DNA of 64,000 bases from Bacteroidales bacterium UBA6117 (GCA_002428385.1 DIWB01000027.1:3349-67348); one strand, 5' to 3'. Shown: positions 34,883 through 45,048, counted from the stretch's first letter. Made by a program: numbers and translations. The notes: generated by a model from the sequence alone, not told the origin.

Positions 34883-34942
34883 GCGGTAAGCGGTACGCGG
34901 TGTGCGGAGAATACCGATTACCGAATACCGAATACCGAATAC
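34883..34942. repeat. two abutting heptanucleotide arrays: (GCGGTNN) x4 then (TACCGAA) x4
   Basis: Direct reading: GCGGTAA GCGGTAC GCGGTGT GCGGAGA, then a single A, then TACCGAT TACCGAA TACCGAA TACCGAA TAC. Confidence 0.9.
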
Positions 34943-35034
34943 AGGATTGTTTGTCAACTGCCAACTTAATATCAAATGCTAAATAAGATGAAAACTTTTT
35001 CTAACTTGCCATTTGATCAACAAAAATCCGTACC

Positions 35035-36666
35035 ATGAACACGAATATCATCAGATTAATTGTGATCATCCTGGCGGCAGTGCTGACAGGATGCAATTCC
35101 GCGGATAAGAAACTGACAGAAGAAATGAAAGCCAATCTTGCACGATTCAAAGAGGTGACACTAACCACCGACCTGAGCTGGCTCACCAGCCAGGAAAGAG
35201 AAATTACAGGGTTACTGATTGATGCAGCAGCCATCATGGATGATATTTTCTGGATGGAAGCGTACGGCGACAAGGAAGAACTGCTTGCTCAGGTAAAAAA
35301 TGAGTACGCCAGGGAATATATGAAAATCCATTACGGTCCGTGGGACAGGCTGAACAACAATCTTCCCTTTATTCCGGAATTCGGGGAGAAGTTCCGCGGA
35401 GCACAATTCTATCCGGAGGATATGACTATCAAGGAATTTGAAGAATGGAATGATCCGGATAAAAGCAGCCTTTATACAATTGTGAGAAGAAACAATGAGG
35501 GCAGACTTGTTTCGGTGCCGTACTCAGAGGCATTTCAGGAGCAGCATTCGAAGGCAGCCGGGCTTATGCTTAAGGCGGCCGGACTGGCTGAGGATCCGGG
35601 ACTGAAAAAATATCTCACCATGCGGGCTGACGCACTGCTCACCAACAATTACCAGCCCAGCGACTTTGCATGGATGGAAATGAAGCAGTCGAATATTGAC
35701 TTTGTGGTGGGCCCGATTGAGAATTATGAAGACCAGCTCTTTGGCTATAAGGCTGCCCATGAGGCATTCGTCCTGGTAAAAGATCCCGTCTGGAGCGCTC
35801 AGCTTGAGAAATTCAATGCCATGCTTCCGGCACTTCAGGCAGGACTTCCTGTTGATACTGCCTACAAGGCAGAAAAGCCTGGGATTGATGCTGATATGAA
35901 TGTGTATGATGCGATCTATTATGCAGGCGACTGCAATGCAGGAAGCAAGACAATTGCCATCAACCTTCCCAATGATCCCGAGATACACCTTGCTGTCGGC
36001 AGCCGCAAGCTTCAGCTCAAGAATTCCATGAAGGCCAAATTTGACAATATACTCATGCCCATTGCCTCCATGCTTATCGATGATAGTCAGCGGCAGCATA
36101 TCACCTTTGATGCCTTCTTCGAGAATACGACTTTCCATGAGGTATCTCACGGTATGGGTGTGAAGAACACTATCAACGGCAACGGACCGGTAAGAGAGGC
36201 TCTTAAGGAACAGTATTCCGCGCTCGAGGAGGCCAAAGCCGACATCATGGGCCTCTATCTTGTGACAAAGCTTTATGAGATGGGCGAGATAACCAGCGGA
36301 GTGGTGATGAACAACTATGTCACATTCTTTGCAGGGATATTCCGTTCGAGCCGTTTTGGAGCAGCCAGCGCACACGGCAAAGCCAATATGCTGTCTCTTA
36401 AATATTTTGCTGACAACGGGGCATTTGTCTACCAGGATAACGGCTACTACAAGGTGAATCTTGAGGAGATGAAGAAGGCGGTGGAATCGCTGGTGGGTAA
36501 GATACTGAAGGTACAGGGCGATGGTGACTATGATGCGGCGAAATCCTGGGTGGAAGGTGACGGCGTGATGACCGAAAGCCTGCGCCGTGATCTCGACAGG
36601 GTTAATGCTGCCGGTATTCCGGTCGACATAGTGTTCAAACAGGGAAGAGAAGTGCTGGGGCTGTAG
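35035..36666 (+). CDS. M49-like (dipeptidyl-peptidase III family) zinc hydrolase, lipoprotein
   Basis: Lipobox (LTGCN). HEVSHG zinc motif followed by EEAKAD, resembling the DPP3 HExxxH...EExxAE arrangement. Confidence 0.7.
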   Translation: MNTNIIRLIVIILAAVLTGCNSADKKLTEEMKANLARFKEVTLTTDLSWLTSQEREITGLLIDAAAIMDDIFWMEAYGDKEELLAQVKNEYAREYMKIHYGPWDRLNNNLPFIPEFGEKFRGAQFYPEDMTIKEFEEWNDPDKSSLYTIVRRNNEGRLVSVPYSEAFQEQHSKAAGLMLKAAGLAEDPGLKKYLTMRADALLTNNYQPSDFAWMEMKQSNIDFVVGPIENYEDQLFGYKAAHEAFVLVKDPVWSAQLEKFNAMLPALQAGLPVDTAYKAEKPGIDADMNVYDAIYYAGDCNAGSKTIAINLPNDPEIHLAVGSRKLQLKNSMKAKFDNILMPIASMLIDDSQRQHITFDAFFENTTFHEVSHGMGVKNTINGNGPVREALKEQYSALEEAKADIMGLYLVTKLYEMGEITSGVVMNNYVTFFAGIFRSSRFGAASAHGKANMLSLKYFADNGAFVYQDNGYYKVNLEEMKKAVESLVGKILKVQGDGDYDAAKSWVEGDGVMTESLRRDLDRVNAAGIPVDIVFKQGREVLGL

Positions 36667-36694
36667 AGAAAGGCGGGAAGGCGTAAGAAAAGGC

Positions 36695-36792
36695 GCAGGG
36701 CACACCGTGTCCACCGTAGCTTTAGCGAAGGTGGAGGGCACAGGGCGCACCGTGTCCACCGTAGCTTTAGCGAAGGTGGAGGGCACAGGGTA
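36695..36792. repeat. 45-bp tandem duplication (about 2.1 copies)
   Basis: CACCGTGTCCACCGTAGCTTTAGCGAAGGTGGAGGGCACAGGG occurs at 36703 and again at 36748, with 43 of 45 nt identical. Each unit has a CCACC...GGTGG hairpin. Confidence 0.95.
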
Positions 36793-36850
36793 AAACCCTA
36801 TTTCTGAAGGTTTTTCAACATTTTTTCCATTGATTTGCTCAGGAGTTTGT

Positions 36851-37057
36851 TCATGCTTTCTGCACTGGTCCTGATTTGTTCCTTTTGTTTGCCTTCAGTA
36901 TTTCAAATACCTTTTCGTTCCACTTTGGAGAGATGAAAATTTCTTTCAGGGCTGCACATAATCCTGGAAGGGCGCCACTCCGTTTTTTTGTTGGAACTTC
37001 TGTTTCACTGATGGGCAATCTCCCAAGTGTCATTTGTTGTTCGAATCTTTTTCTCAT
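36851..37057 (-). pseudogene. transposase N-terminal fragment (IS remnant)
   Basis: MRKRFEQQMTLGRLPISETEVPTKKRSGALPGLCAALKEIF resembles N-termini of IS transposases (ISNCY/IS5-like, from memory). It stops after 68 codons, and there is no DDE domain or terminal repeats nearby. Confidence 0.45.
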
Positions 37058-37186
37058 TTTTTAATCTTGTTTGATGTTCTACCTGAAATATCCGAATCTC
37101 ATTTGTTTAACAACCTGAATATCTGTATTTTTGGCAAAACAACCAAAGAAAAACACAAGTAGATTCAAACAAGTTATCAACAATAA

Positions 37187-37651
37187 ATCATTGTAAACCA
37201 ATTAATTGATAGTTTTCTTGCAAGCACTAAATGCATCAGGAAAATCAACGTAACGAAAAAAGAATCGGTCACAACTGCACTGGTTGAAAAAATGGGAGAA
37301 AACGCATTTCTGGATATGCAGGATGATAATACAAACAAAAGGCTAAGAGAGATAGTACTCGACGAATTCACTACTAAAAGGATTATTGAAACCAGGGAAA
37401 AATACATTCAGAAATTTGAACCTGCCTACATGAAACCCGTTTCGGGTAACGGTCGGGCTCATTTCTATGCGCCATACAAAAAAATCGGGGATAAACAGAT
37501 AGAAACGTTTTTGTTCAATATCCTGGTTCTCTGGCTTGTTTCCCTGATTTTTTACCTGATCCTGTATTTGAAAGTTTTAACCAGAATTTTCAATTCCGGC
37601 TTCAGCCCCAGGATATTTTCAAAAAGGCAGACGGATATTATATCTGCATAA
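37187..37651 (+). pseudogene. C-terminal fragment of a larger membrane-anchored protein
   Basis: The open frame extends 35 codons upstream of the first ATG (37292) to a TAA with no start codon. It ends in a single TM (FLFNILVLWLVSLIFYLILYL). The last codons run through a TTCCGGCTTCAGCCCC repeat copy and overlap the convergent SSS gene. Confidence 0.4.
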
Positions 37652-39305
37652 AGCCCCAGGCAATCAGGATAAGCAGTCCGACCATAACCCAGCTGAGGGC
37701 GAAACCAACAAGATCTTCCCTGTAACGCGTGAAAAAGTTACGCCAGCGTTCCTTTTTTCCCCAGCCCGGAAGGTCGAGAAGAAGGAGATCATCACCCGAC
37801 AGCTCGCCGAGAGGCTTTTTACCATCGGAGCCGGTGTAATCTGCATCGGATTTCCGTCGCATGTTGTCAAAAAAGCCCTCTATCCTCTCCCTGTCCTCGG
37901 GCCGGGTGAGAATGCTTACCAGCCAGAATATGAAGAAGCCCGAGAGCATTGCCAGTCCGAATGGACCGGGCATCCACTTATATACAAGGACCAGTTCGCC
38001 CGCCGAAAGAAAATTGGCTGTGTAGTAAACTGAGAGTGAGACCAGCACTGCGGCTGCAGCTCCGTATCTGTTGGCCCTTTTCCAGATAATTCCGCCCAGG
38101 AAAATTATCCCCATGAAAGCTGCGAGTGTTTCCACAAAAAGGAATCCGTGAAGGACATTCTTCACCCCGAGTGCAAACAGAACTGCCATTACCGATAATC
38201 CGAGTCCCGAATATCGGCCCATCCACAACAGCTTCAGATCGGTGGCCCGGGGATTTATATATTTCTTATAAATATTCTGAGTGAAGAGGGCTCCCGTATT
38301 CACCATAAAATTTGAACATGACGACATATTGGCGGCCAGTATTGCGGCCAGCATCAAACCGACGAGGCCGGGTACCAGAAGAACACTGCAGGCATAACCG
38401 AAAGCCATCTCGGAATCAGGCAGTTCCACCCCCTTCATTATTACAAGTGCAGCGACAACCAGACCAGTCATGGCCCAGCCGATTGTAATAAGCCGCTTCA
38501 CCATCGATCCGAATGTCTGTCCTATCCTTCCGGCCCTTTCAGTGTTACCGGTTGCACACATCGACACCATATGCGGCTGGGCAGTTATTCCAACTATACC
38601 GTTCACAGCAAGCATTGCAATTGTGAAACCGTCGATACCGCTTGCACTGTTGAACAAGTCGAAAAAATGATCGGGAAGAACCTGCCTCATCGCGTGAAAT
38701 CCGCCCACTTCCTTAAGCCCAAGGGGAATTAGCATAATCGAAAGAATAATGATAAGGAACGACTGGATAAAGTCAGTATATGCAGCAGCGATCAGGCCTC
38801 CTGCAAAACTGTAGATTATGAAAGCCACCGTCATCACCATCACTATCATATTCGGGGAGAAGATATTTCCCGATGCGACGGAAATCACCTTTGCGGCACC
38901 CTGAAGCATGACTCCCATGCTGAATACAAAGAAGACTATGGCAAAGATTGAATATACAAGCCCCATTGTTCTTCCATACCTGTCCTCGATGATCTCACCC
39001 ACCGTGGTACGCTCGCTTCGACGGTAAAAAGGAGCTATCAGCCAGTAAAAAGGTGTTATCAGCATATTCTTCCATTGGTACCAGATGGTGGCAAACCCGT
39101 TGCTGAATGTAGCCCCTGTCTGGGCAACCGGCATTTCGGCATGGGTTCCCACGCCAAATGCCTGCCCCAGCATTATGTACCACTTGAATTTTCTGTCGCC
39201 CCTGAAATAACTGTCGCTGGTTTTGATCTTCCTTGAAATCCAGATTCCAAACGCCGTGATCAGGACAAAATAACCTATTAGAACTATATAATCGAGGATT
39301 GCCAT
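37638..39305 (-). CDS. sodium:solute symporter (SSS family)
   Basis: 555 aa with about 13-14 TM segments and an SSS-type N-terminal region (YFRGDRKFKWY...). Confidence 0.85.
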   Translation of the reverse strand: MAILDYIVLIGYFVLITAFGIWISRKIKTSDSYFRGDRKFKWYIMLGQAFGVGTHAEMPVAQTGATFSNGFATIWYQWKNMLITPFYWLIAPFYRRSERTTVGEIIEDRYGRTMGLVYSIFAIVFFVFSMGVMLQGAAKVISVASGNIFSPNMIVMVMTVAFIIYSFAGGLIAAAYTDFIQSFLIIILSIMLIPLGLKEVGGFHAMRQVLPDHFFDLFNSASGIDGFTIAMLAVNGIVGITAQPHMVSMCATGNTERAGRIGQTFGSMVKRLITIGWAMTGLVVAALVIMKGVELPDSEMAFGYACSVLLVPGLVGLMLAAILAANMSSCSNFMVNTGALFTQNIYKKYINPRATDLKLLWMGRYSGLGLSVMAVLFALGVKNVLHGFLFVETLAAFMGIIFLGGIIWKRANRYGAAAAVLVSLSVYYTANFLSAGELVLVYKWMPGPFGLAMLSGFFIFWLVSILTRPEDRERIEGFFDNMRRKSDADYTGSDGKKPLGELSGDDLLLLDLPGWGKKERWRNFFTRYREDLVGFALSWVMVGLLILIAWGFMQI

Positions 39306-39317
39306 GTTAATGGTAGT

Positions 39318-40514
39318 TTAGTTTTCCGGTTGAGGGACATTCTCCCTGCCGTTTACAATTACTTTCCTGATTGACATATTGTAATCTTCCATCCGGAACA
39401 GGATGATATCAGCCCTCATTCCGCTCTCGAGTGTACCCCGGCCGGTTAATCTGCAAGCTGCTGAAACATTCGCTGAAGCCATGTTTACAGCTTCACCCAG
39501 GTGACAACCGGTGAATCTCATCACGTTGCCCACGCCTGTTTTGAGAGGAAGTGAAGCCCCTGCCAGGCAGTTAAGCGCCGGATTTTTAATAAGTCCGTCG
39601 GCTGACAGCACAATATCACTCCCCATGAATACATAGTTGCCAGGTTCCATTCCCATGAAATGGGTCACATCAGATGTAAGTATAATATTGTCCGGACCTT
39701 TCACCTTGCAAAACACCTTGACTTCTTCAGGAAGAAGGTGATGGCCGTCGGCTATTATTGAGGGCGTCAGCAGGTCATTGGCCAGCTGGGGCCATATCGG
39801 GTTTCTGTGCCTGTCGATCAGGTTTGCGCATCCGTTTCCGAGATGGGTCGACAGCCTTGCTCCCCTGTCAACTGCCTCCATTATCTGCGCGGCACTGGCA
39901 TTTGTATGTCCGATGGAGACAATTATTTCCTGCCTGACACACCGGCCTATGAAATCCATGACGCCTTCAATCCCGGGACTGACAGTCACCTGACGGATAT
40001 TCCCGGCGGCAGCATCCTGGTATTGCATGAATTCATCCCATGAAGGTTTTCTGATGAACTCAGCCGGATGGCAGCCGTAGTAACCTGCCTCTGGCGATAT
40101 ATATGGTCCCTCGAGGTGAAACCCTGCTACTGAAGTTCTTACCTCTTCATCATCCTGCAGGGCCCTTGCGAGATTCCTGAAAATCCTGACAAGATTGTCA
40201 TGGCTGCCAGTGATTATTGTCGGGAAGAATGAAGTTACCCCATCCTTCCTTATGGCATCAACAGCCATCCTGATCTTAAGGCTGCTGAGAGCAGGATCGG
40301 AAAAATCAACTCCCCTGTAACCGTTTATCTGGTTGTCGATAAGTCCGGGTGCAACAAAAAAATCATTAAGTTCTTCCGACATCGGAATTTCATCAACAGA
40401 GCTTATCAGTCCGCCGCTGAATTTAATCCTTACCGGCTTGCCTGTATCGTAGTGCAGAGCGCTTACTTCTCCTGATCTGTTCATTAATAAATTTTTTATC
40501 CGGAATTCTTTCAC
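39318..40514 (-). CDS. nagA: N-acetylglucosamine-6-phosphate deacetylase
   Basis: PGLIDNQINGY, FHLEGPYIS, IGHTNA and STHLGNG are metal and substrate motifs of the NagA amidohydrolase. Confidence 0.85.
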   Translation of the reverse strand: MKEFRIKNLLMNRSGEVSALHYDTGKPVRIKFSGGLISSVDEIPMSEELNDFFVAPGLIDNQINGYRGVDFSDPALSSLKIRMAVDAIRKDGVTSFFPTIITGSHDNLVRIFRNLARALQDDEEVRTSVAGFHLEGPYISPEAGYYGCHPAEFIRKPSWDEFMQYQDAAAGNIRQVTVSPGIEGVMDFIGRCVRQEIIVSIGHTNASAAQIMEAVDRGARLSTHLGNGCANLIDRHRNPIWPQLANDLLTPSIIADGHHLLPEEVKVFCKVKGPDNIILTSDVTHFMGMEPGNYVFMGSDIVLSADGLIKNPALNCLAGASLPLKTGVGNVMRFTGCHLGEAVNMASANVSAACRLTGRGTLESGMRADIILFRMEDYNMSIRKVIVNGRENVPQPEN

Positions 40515-40540
40515 CAGGGCTTTGGAGCCCTGCTCCCGGG

Positions 40541-41275
40541 TTAAAACCTGATAACGCCCCCTGCGGATTCCCTGTCGAGAAAAAGATGCCAGTCGGGGTG
40601 TTGCTTAAGCATGGTTGCAGGCACCATTCTGTTCAGGCTTTCAGAAAGAGTAAGCCTGACGGCCTCAGCCTTTGCCTGGTGAGGAACAACTGAAATTATT
40701 GTCCTGCATTGCATTATCTGCCATACACTCATCGACACAGCCATATCGGGGACCTCCCCGGGCGATCCGAACCAGCCTTCGTTAACCTGCTGGAGTTTGC
40801 ATTCCTTATTAAGCTTTACCGTGATGTAGACTTCCCTGGTGTCGAAATCAGCAGGAGGGTCGTTGAATGCAACATGCCCGTTGACACCTATTCCGATAAT
40901 TCCCAGGTCGATGGGTTTATTCCGGATAGAACCGGTAAGTTCGCTTATCAGGTTGTCAATATTTCCCTCGACATCGATGCTGTGGAAGCGTTTCACCGGG
41001 ACAAGGTTAATGAATCTCTCGTAAAGGTACCTTCTGAAGCTTGCCTTGTGAGTAACAGGTATTCCGATATATTCATCAAGATGGAACACTTCAACCTTTT
41101 GCCAGTTGACATTGCGCATCACCAGTTCCCTGAACATTTCAAACTGGGAACTGCCAGTTGCTACCACCATCCTTGCCTCACCCTTCGTGTTGATGATTTC
41201 GTTCAATTTTGCAGAAATCACCTCTGCGGAATGTGAGCCCAGTTCATTTGCATCGTTGGAAACATAAATCTTCAT
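40541..41275 (-). CDS. nagB: glucosamine-6-phosphate deaminase-family protein
   Basis: VATGSSQFEMF, FHLDEYIGI and GIGVNGHVAFNDP are NagB/6-phosphogluconolactonase-fold motifs. Confidence 0.8.
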   Translation of the reverse strand: MKIYVSNDANELGSHSAEVISAKLNEIINTKGEARMVVATGSSQFEMFRELVMRNVNWQKVEVFHLDEYIGIPVTHKASFRRYLYERFINLVPVKRFHSIDVEGNIDNLISELTGSIRNKPIDLGIIGIGVNGHVAFNDPPADFDTREVYITVKLNKECKLQQVNEGWFGSPGEVPDMAVSMSVWQIMQCRTIISVVPHQAKAEAVRLTLSESLNRMVPATMLKQHPDWHLFLDRESAGGVIRF

Positions 41276-41425
41276 GACAATAATTTTTCAAACTACAAAT
41301 ATCACATCACAGGTGTTTCCGAAATGTGAAAAATATCTAAAATCAAGACTGGATCAGCAATTGCATAAAAATAGAATTTAATATTCACAAACCAATTCTT
41401 TATCTTCACCAAAATTTTATTTCTG

Positions 41426-43642
41426 ATGTCACGATACTCAATATTTGTAATCCTTCTTCTACTGTTAAATTCAGAAGGTTCTGTCCTAAGTCAGATCAGG
41501 GCCGTCAACAGGGATAAATACCGGATCCACATCAATAAAACCGACAGGCCTTTCAGTATCGACGGGGTCCTGGATGAGGAGCCATGGTCGTCAGCCGAGC
41601 GGGCATGGGAGTTTCAGCGCGTGACCCCGACCGACACAGGATATCCTGTTGCAAAAACTGAAGTGATGCTTACCTACGACAAGTCAAACCTGTATCTGGG
41701 AATAATCTGTCACGATCCCACTCCGGGAAAGAGGCCGGTAGAATCGCTGCGAAGGGATTTCGGTTTCTCCAACAATGACAACTTCATGTTTTTCCTGAAC
41801 ACATACAACGACCTCACAAACGGCTTTGCGTTCGGAATATCGGCAGCAGGGGCACAGACTGAGGGATTGCAGTATGAAGGCACCAAGGTAGATTACAGCT
41901 GGGACATCAAATGGAAGTCGGAAGTGAAGAGTTATGACGACAAATGGGTTACCGAGGTCAGTATCCCGTTCAGGAGCCTGAGGTACTTCGAGGGGGACAC
42001 GGCATGGGGGATAAATTTCGGACGGCTCGACCTCAAGAATAATGAGAAATCTGCCTGGGCTCCCATGCCCCGTCAGTTTCCGCACTGCTCGCTTCCATTC
42101 GTCGGAACTCTTATCTGGGATGAACCCAGGGACAAGGCCGGACTGCGCTTTTCACTGATACCTTATGCCACGGCGAAGGTCACGCGCGACTTCGAGGCCG
42201 GAGAAGCCACCTTATGGAAATGGAATGCAGGGGTGGATGCAAAGATGATCCTCTCGACATCCCTCAACCTCGATCTGACGCTGAATCCTGATTATTCGCA
42301 GGTGGAGGTGGATAAGCAGCAGACAAATCTAGACAGGTATGAGCTCTTTTTCCCAGAAAAGAGGCAGTTTTATCTTGAAAACAGCGACCTTTTTGCAAGT
42401 CTCGGAACCGACAGGGTAAGGCCTTTCTTTTCAAGAAGGATAGGTCTCGACAATCCGGTCCTGGCCGGGGCAAGGCTAAGCGGAAATCTTGGCGACAGGT
42501 GGAGGATCGGCATAATGGACATCCAGACGGGAAAAAATGATGGGGTTCACGCGGCCAACTACATGGTGGCTGCCCTCCAGAGGCAGGTTTTCAGCAGGTC
42601 GAGCGTAACAGGATTCCTGATAAACAAGCAGGTGATGAACACCGAAGACGACGAAACCTTTACCGGGAACAAGTATAACAGGGTGGCAGGACTCGAATAT
42701 AACCTTGCCACACCCGACAACAGGTGGAATGGCAAGGTATATTACCATCAGAACCTTGTAGAAAATCTCACTCTAAGAGATGCAGCAATGGCCGGCAATA
42801 TTACTTATTCAACTCCTTTCGTGACGGCGTCAGTCAATCAGGCCCTTACAGGTTCGGGATACAATGCCGAGACGGGATACGTAAGGAGAATGGGTTATTA
42901 CCAGCTGAACGGATCGTTCCAGTACAAATTCTTTCCTGAAAGCAAAAGCATTATCAGTCATGGGCCTGTCCTGAAGCTCGACACCTACCTTGATCCCTAT
43001 AACTCATTCTCGCTCACCGACAGGGAAACAAACCTTATGTACAGGATCGACTTTCTTAACAAGAGCTCCTTTTCGGTAGATGCAAAGGAGAATTACATAA
43101 AACTACTTCAACCGTTTGATCCCACCAACACCGGAGGGCTTAAGCTGCCGGCCGCAGAGGATTTCAGCTGGAATGAAATAGGCGTCACCTACGTCTCGGA
43201 CAACCGCAAGATGTTAAATTTTTCTCTTACAGCGAGGTACGGAGGGTATTATAACGGCGACCGGCTAACCCTGAACGGAGAGGTGAATTACCGGGTACAG
43301 CCTTATGGCAGCCTTGCTCTGGTCACCACCTACAACGATATTGAGCTGCCCGATCCCTACAACAGCGCCAGACTCCTTCTGATTGGTCCCAGATTCGACT
43401 TCACCTTCACCGACGACCTGTTCTTTACAAGTTTTATACAGTATAACAACCAGATCGACAACCTGAATCTCAACCTTCGCTTCCAATGGAGGTTTGCTCC
43501 GGTATCAGACTTGTTCATTGTGTATACTGAAAACTCCTGGGCCGGCGATATACTCAACAACAGCTTTGGCAGTCCATATGCCGGAGACCTGCGGTCGAAA
43601 AACCGCGGCCTTGTGGTGAAGTTATCTTACTGGTTCAACTAA
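41426..43642 (+). CDS. exported CBM9-like plus DUF5916-type outer-membrane beta-barrel protein
   Basis: Signal peptide. N-terminal IDGVLDEEPW...YLGIICHD (CBM9-like). Long C-terminal beta-rich region ending ...VKLSYWFN (barrel terminus). Confidence 0.7.
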   Translation: MSRYSIFVILLLLLNSEGSVLSQIRAVNRDKYRIHINKTDRPFSIDGVLDEEPWSSAERAWEFQRVTPTDTGYPVAKTEVMLTYDKSNLYLGIICHDPTPGKRPVESLRRDFGFSNNDNFMFFLNTYNDLTNGFAFGISAAGAQTEGLQYEGTKVDYSWDIKWKSEVKSYDDKWVTEVSIPFRSLRYFEGDTAWGINFGRLDLKNNEKSAWAPMPRQFPHCSLPFVGTLIWDEPRDKAGLRFSLIPYATAKVTRDFEAGEATLWKWNAGVDAKMILSTSLNLDLTLNPDYSQVEVDKQQTNLDRYELFFPEKRQFYLENSDLFASLGTDRVRPFFSRRIGLDNPVLAGARLSGNLGDRWRIGIMDIQTGKNDGVHAANYMVAALQRQVFSRSSVTGFLINKQVMNTEDDETFTGNKYNRVAGLEYNLATPDNRWNGKVYYHQNLVENLTLRDAAMAGNITYSTPFVTASVNQALTGSGYNAETGYVRRMGYYQLNGSFQYKFFPESKSIISHGPVLKLDTYLDPYNSFSLTDRETNLMYRIDFLNKSSFSVDAKENYIKLLQPFDPTNTGGLKLPAAEDFSWNEIGVTYVSDNRKMLNFSLTARYGGYYNGDRLTLNGEVNYRVQPYGSLALVTTYNDIELPDPYNSARLLLIGPRFDFTFTDDLFFTSFIQYNNQIDNLNLNLRFQWRFAPVSDLFIVYTENSWAGDILNNSFGSPYAGDLRSKNRGLVVKLSYWFN

Positions 43643-43655
43643 GAGCCGGATCAGG

Positions 43656-44267
43656 TCACTTGATCAGAAAATCCAGGAGGGGTTTATCTCCGATATAAGC
43701 TACCAGATGGTCGTTGCGCTTCAGAGGGCCTACGCCCGATGGTGTCCCGGTGAAAATAAGGTCGCCCGTTTTCAGGGTGAAGTATTGGGAAATGTATGAA
43801 ATCATCTCATCGACTCCGAATATCATGTCGGATGTGTTTCCATGCTGAACTATCTTGTCATTTATCTCAAGGCGGAAATCCAGGTTTCTGATGTCGCCGG
43901 CTGAGCTCACCGGGATGAAATCGCCTATAGGGGCCGAACCGTCAAATCCCTTTGAAATCTCCCACGGGAGCATCGATTTTGAAAGCCTGGTCTGGATATC
44001 GCGTGCCGTTATGTCAATTCCTGCCGTAATCTCATCATAATATCTCGAAGCAAATTTCGGTGAGATCGATTTTCCAAGTTTCGATATCTTCACCACCACT
44101 TCGAGTTCATACTGGATATCATTCGAAAAACCGGGAAGAAAGAAAGGCTTGTTTTTCTTCAGAAGTGATGAGTCGGGTTTCATGAAAACCACCGGTTCGA
44201 CCGGATACGGCCTGCCCATCTCGATGGCATGCCTGCGATAGTTCATCCCGATACAGATAATTTTCAT
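43656..44267 (-). CDS. fumarylacetoacetate hydrolase (FAH) family protein
   Basis: Trimmed to MKIICIGMNYRRHAIEMG. The ELEVVVKI and GDLIFTGTPSGVG motifs are present. Confidence 0.85.
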   Translation of the reverse strand: MKIICIGMNYRRHAIEMGRPYPVEPVVFMKPDSSLLKKNKPFFLPGFSNDIQYELEVVVKISKLGKSISPKFASRYYDEITAGIDITARDIQTRLSKSMLPWEISKGFDGSAPIGDFIPVSSAGDIRNLDFRLEINDKIVQHGNTSDMIFGVDEMISYISQYFTLKTGDLIFTGTPSGVGPLKRNDHLVAYIGDKPLLDFLIK

Positions 44268-44268
44268 T

Positions 44269-45045
44269 TTACAGTTGTCCTTTGCCGAATGACCTGAGTT
44301 TGATTTCAGTGAGGATCTTCTTTGTATAGAGCGGAAAATCACCATTCATCATCCATGAATAATATGACGGATCGTCCCTGAAGACATTCTCCACCGGTTT
44401 ACCCTTGTGCTTACCGAAATTAAACACTTCCACGCCGTTCTCATCATAGATTATGCGTCCGGCAAAATCGACCAGGCTGTTGTATGCACAGAAGTCGGCA
44501 AGTTTTTCCACATCGTTCTCCAGATCGCTGTACCTGTCGAGCTGCGACTTAAGAACCTCGTAAGTGGCTTGCGTATCTGCCTTTGAGCTGTGTGCGTTTT
44601 CAAGTTCCCTGTCGCAATAAAACTTGTAGGCTGCCGAAAGTGTCCTCTGCTCCTTCCTGTGAAAGATGACCTGGACGTCGACATATTTCCTTTTAAGGAA
44701 ACTGAAGTCAATATTCGCTCTAAGAAACTCTTCGGCAAGAACGGGAATATCGAACTTTATTGCATTGAATCCGGCAAGATCAGTTCCTTCGAGGAAAGCG
44801 GCAAGATTTTTTGCAATCTCCCTGAATTTAGGAGAGTCAGCTACATCTTCATCCTTTATTCCATGGATTGCGGTTGACCTTGGGGGTATGGGCATCTCAG
44901 GATTTATCCTTGAGATCAGCCATTCCTCGCTTCCGTTAGGATTTATCTTGAGAACTGATATTTCGACAATACGATCGCTTGAAACGTTAATTCCTGTTGT
45001 TTCGAGATCGAGAAAGGCTATGGGCCTGCGGAGATTAAGTTTCAA
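44269..45045 (-). CDS. DnaQ-like 3'-5' exonuclease
   Basis: ExoI motif FLDLETTG, ExoII NAIKFDIPVL and ExoIII HSSKADTQATYEV. Confidence 0.85.
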   Translation of the reverse strand: MKLNLRRPIAFLDLETTGINVSSDRIVEISVLKINPNGSEEWLISRINPEMPIPPRSTAIHGIKDEDVADSPKFREIAKNLAAFLEGTDLAGFNAIKFDIPVLAEEFLRANIDFSFLKRKYVDVQVIFHRKEQRTLSAAYKFYCDRELENAHSSKADTQATYEVLKSQLDRYSDLENDVEKLADFCAYNSLVDFAGRIIYDENGVEVFNFGKHKGKPVENVFRDDPSYYSWMMNGDFPLYTKKILTEIKLRSFGKGQL

Positions 45046-45048
45046 TTG

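Noticed and set aside
35524-36786. 420-aa ORF antisense to the M49-like peptidase gene
   Set aside because: It lies entirely inside, and opposite to, a gene with clear zinc-peptidase motifs. Its sequence is low-complexity (rich in Cys, His, Leu, Ile and Lys) with no motifs, and its 5' end is just the translated 45-bp tandem repeat. It is a shadow ORF.
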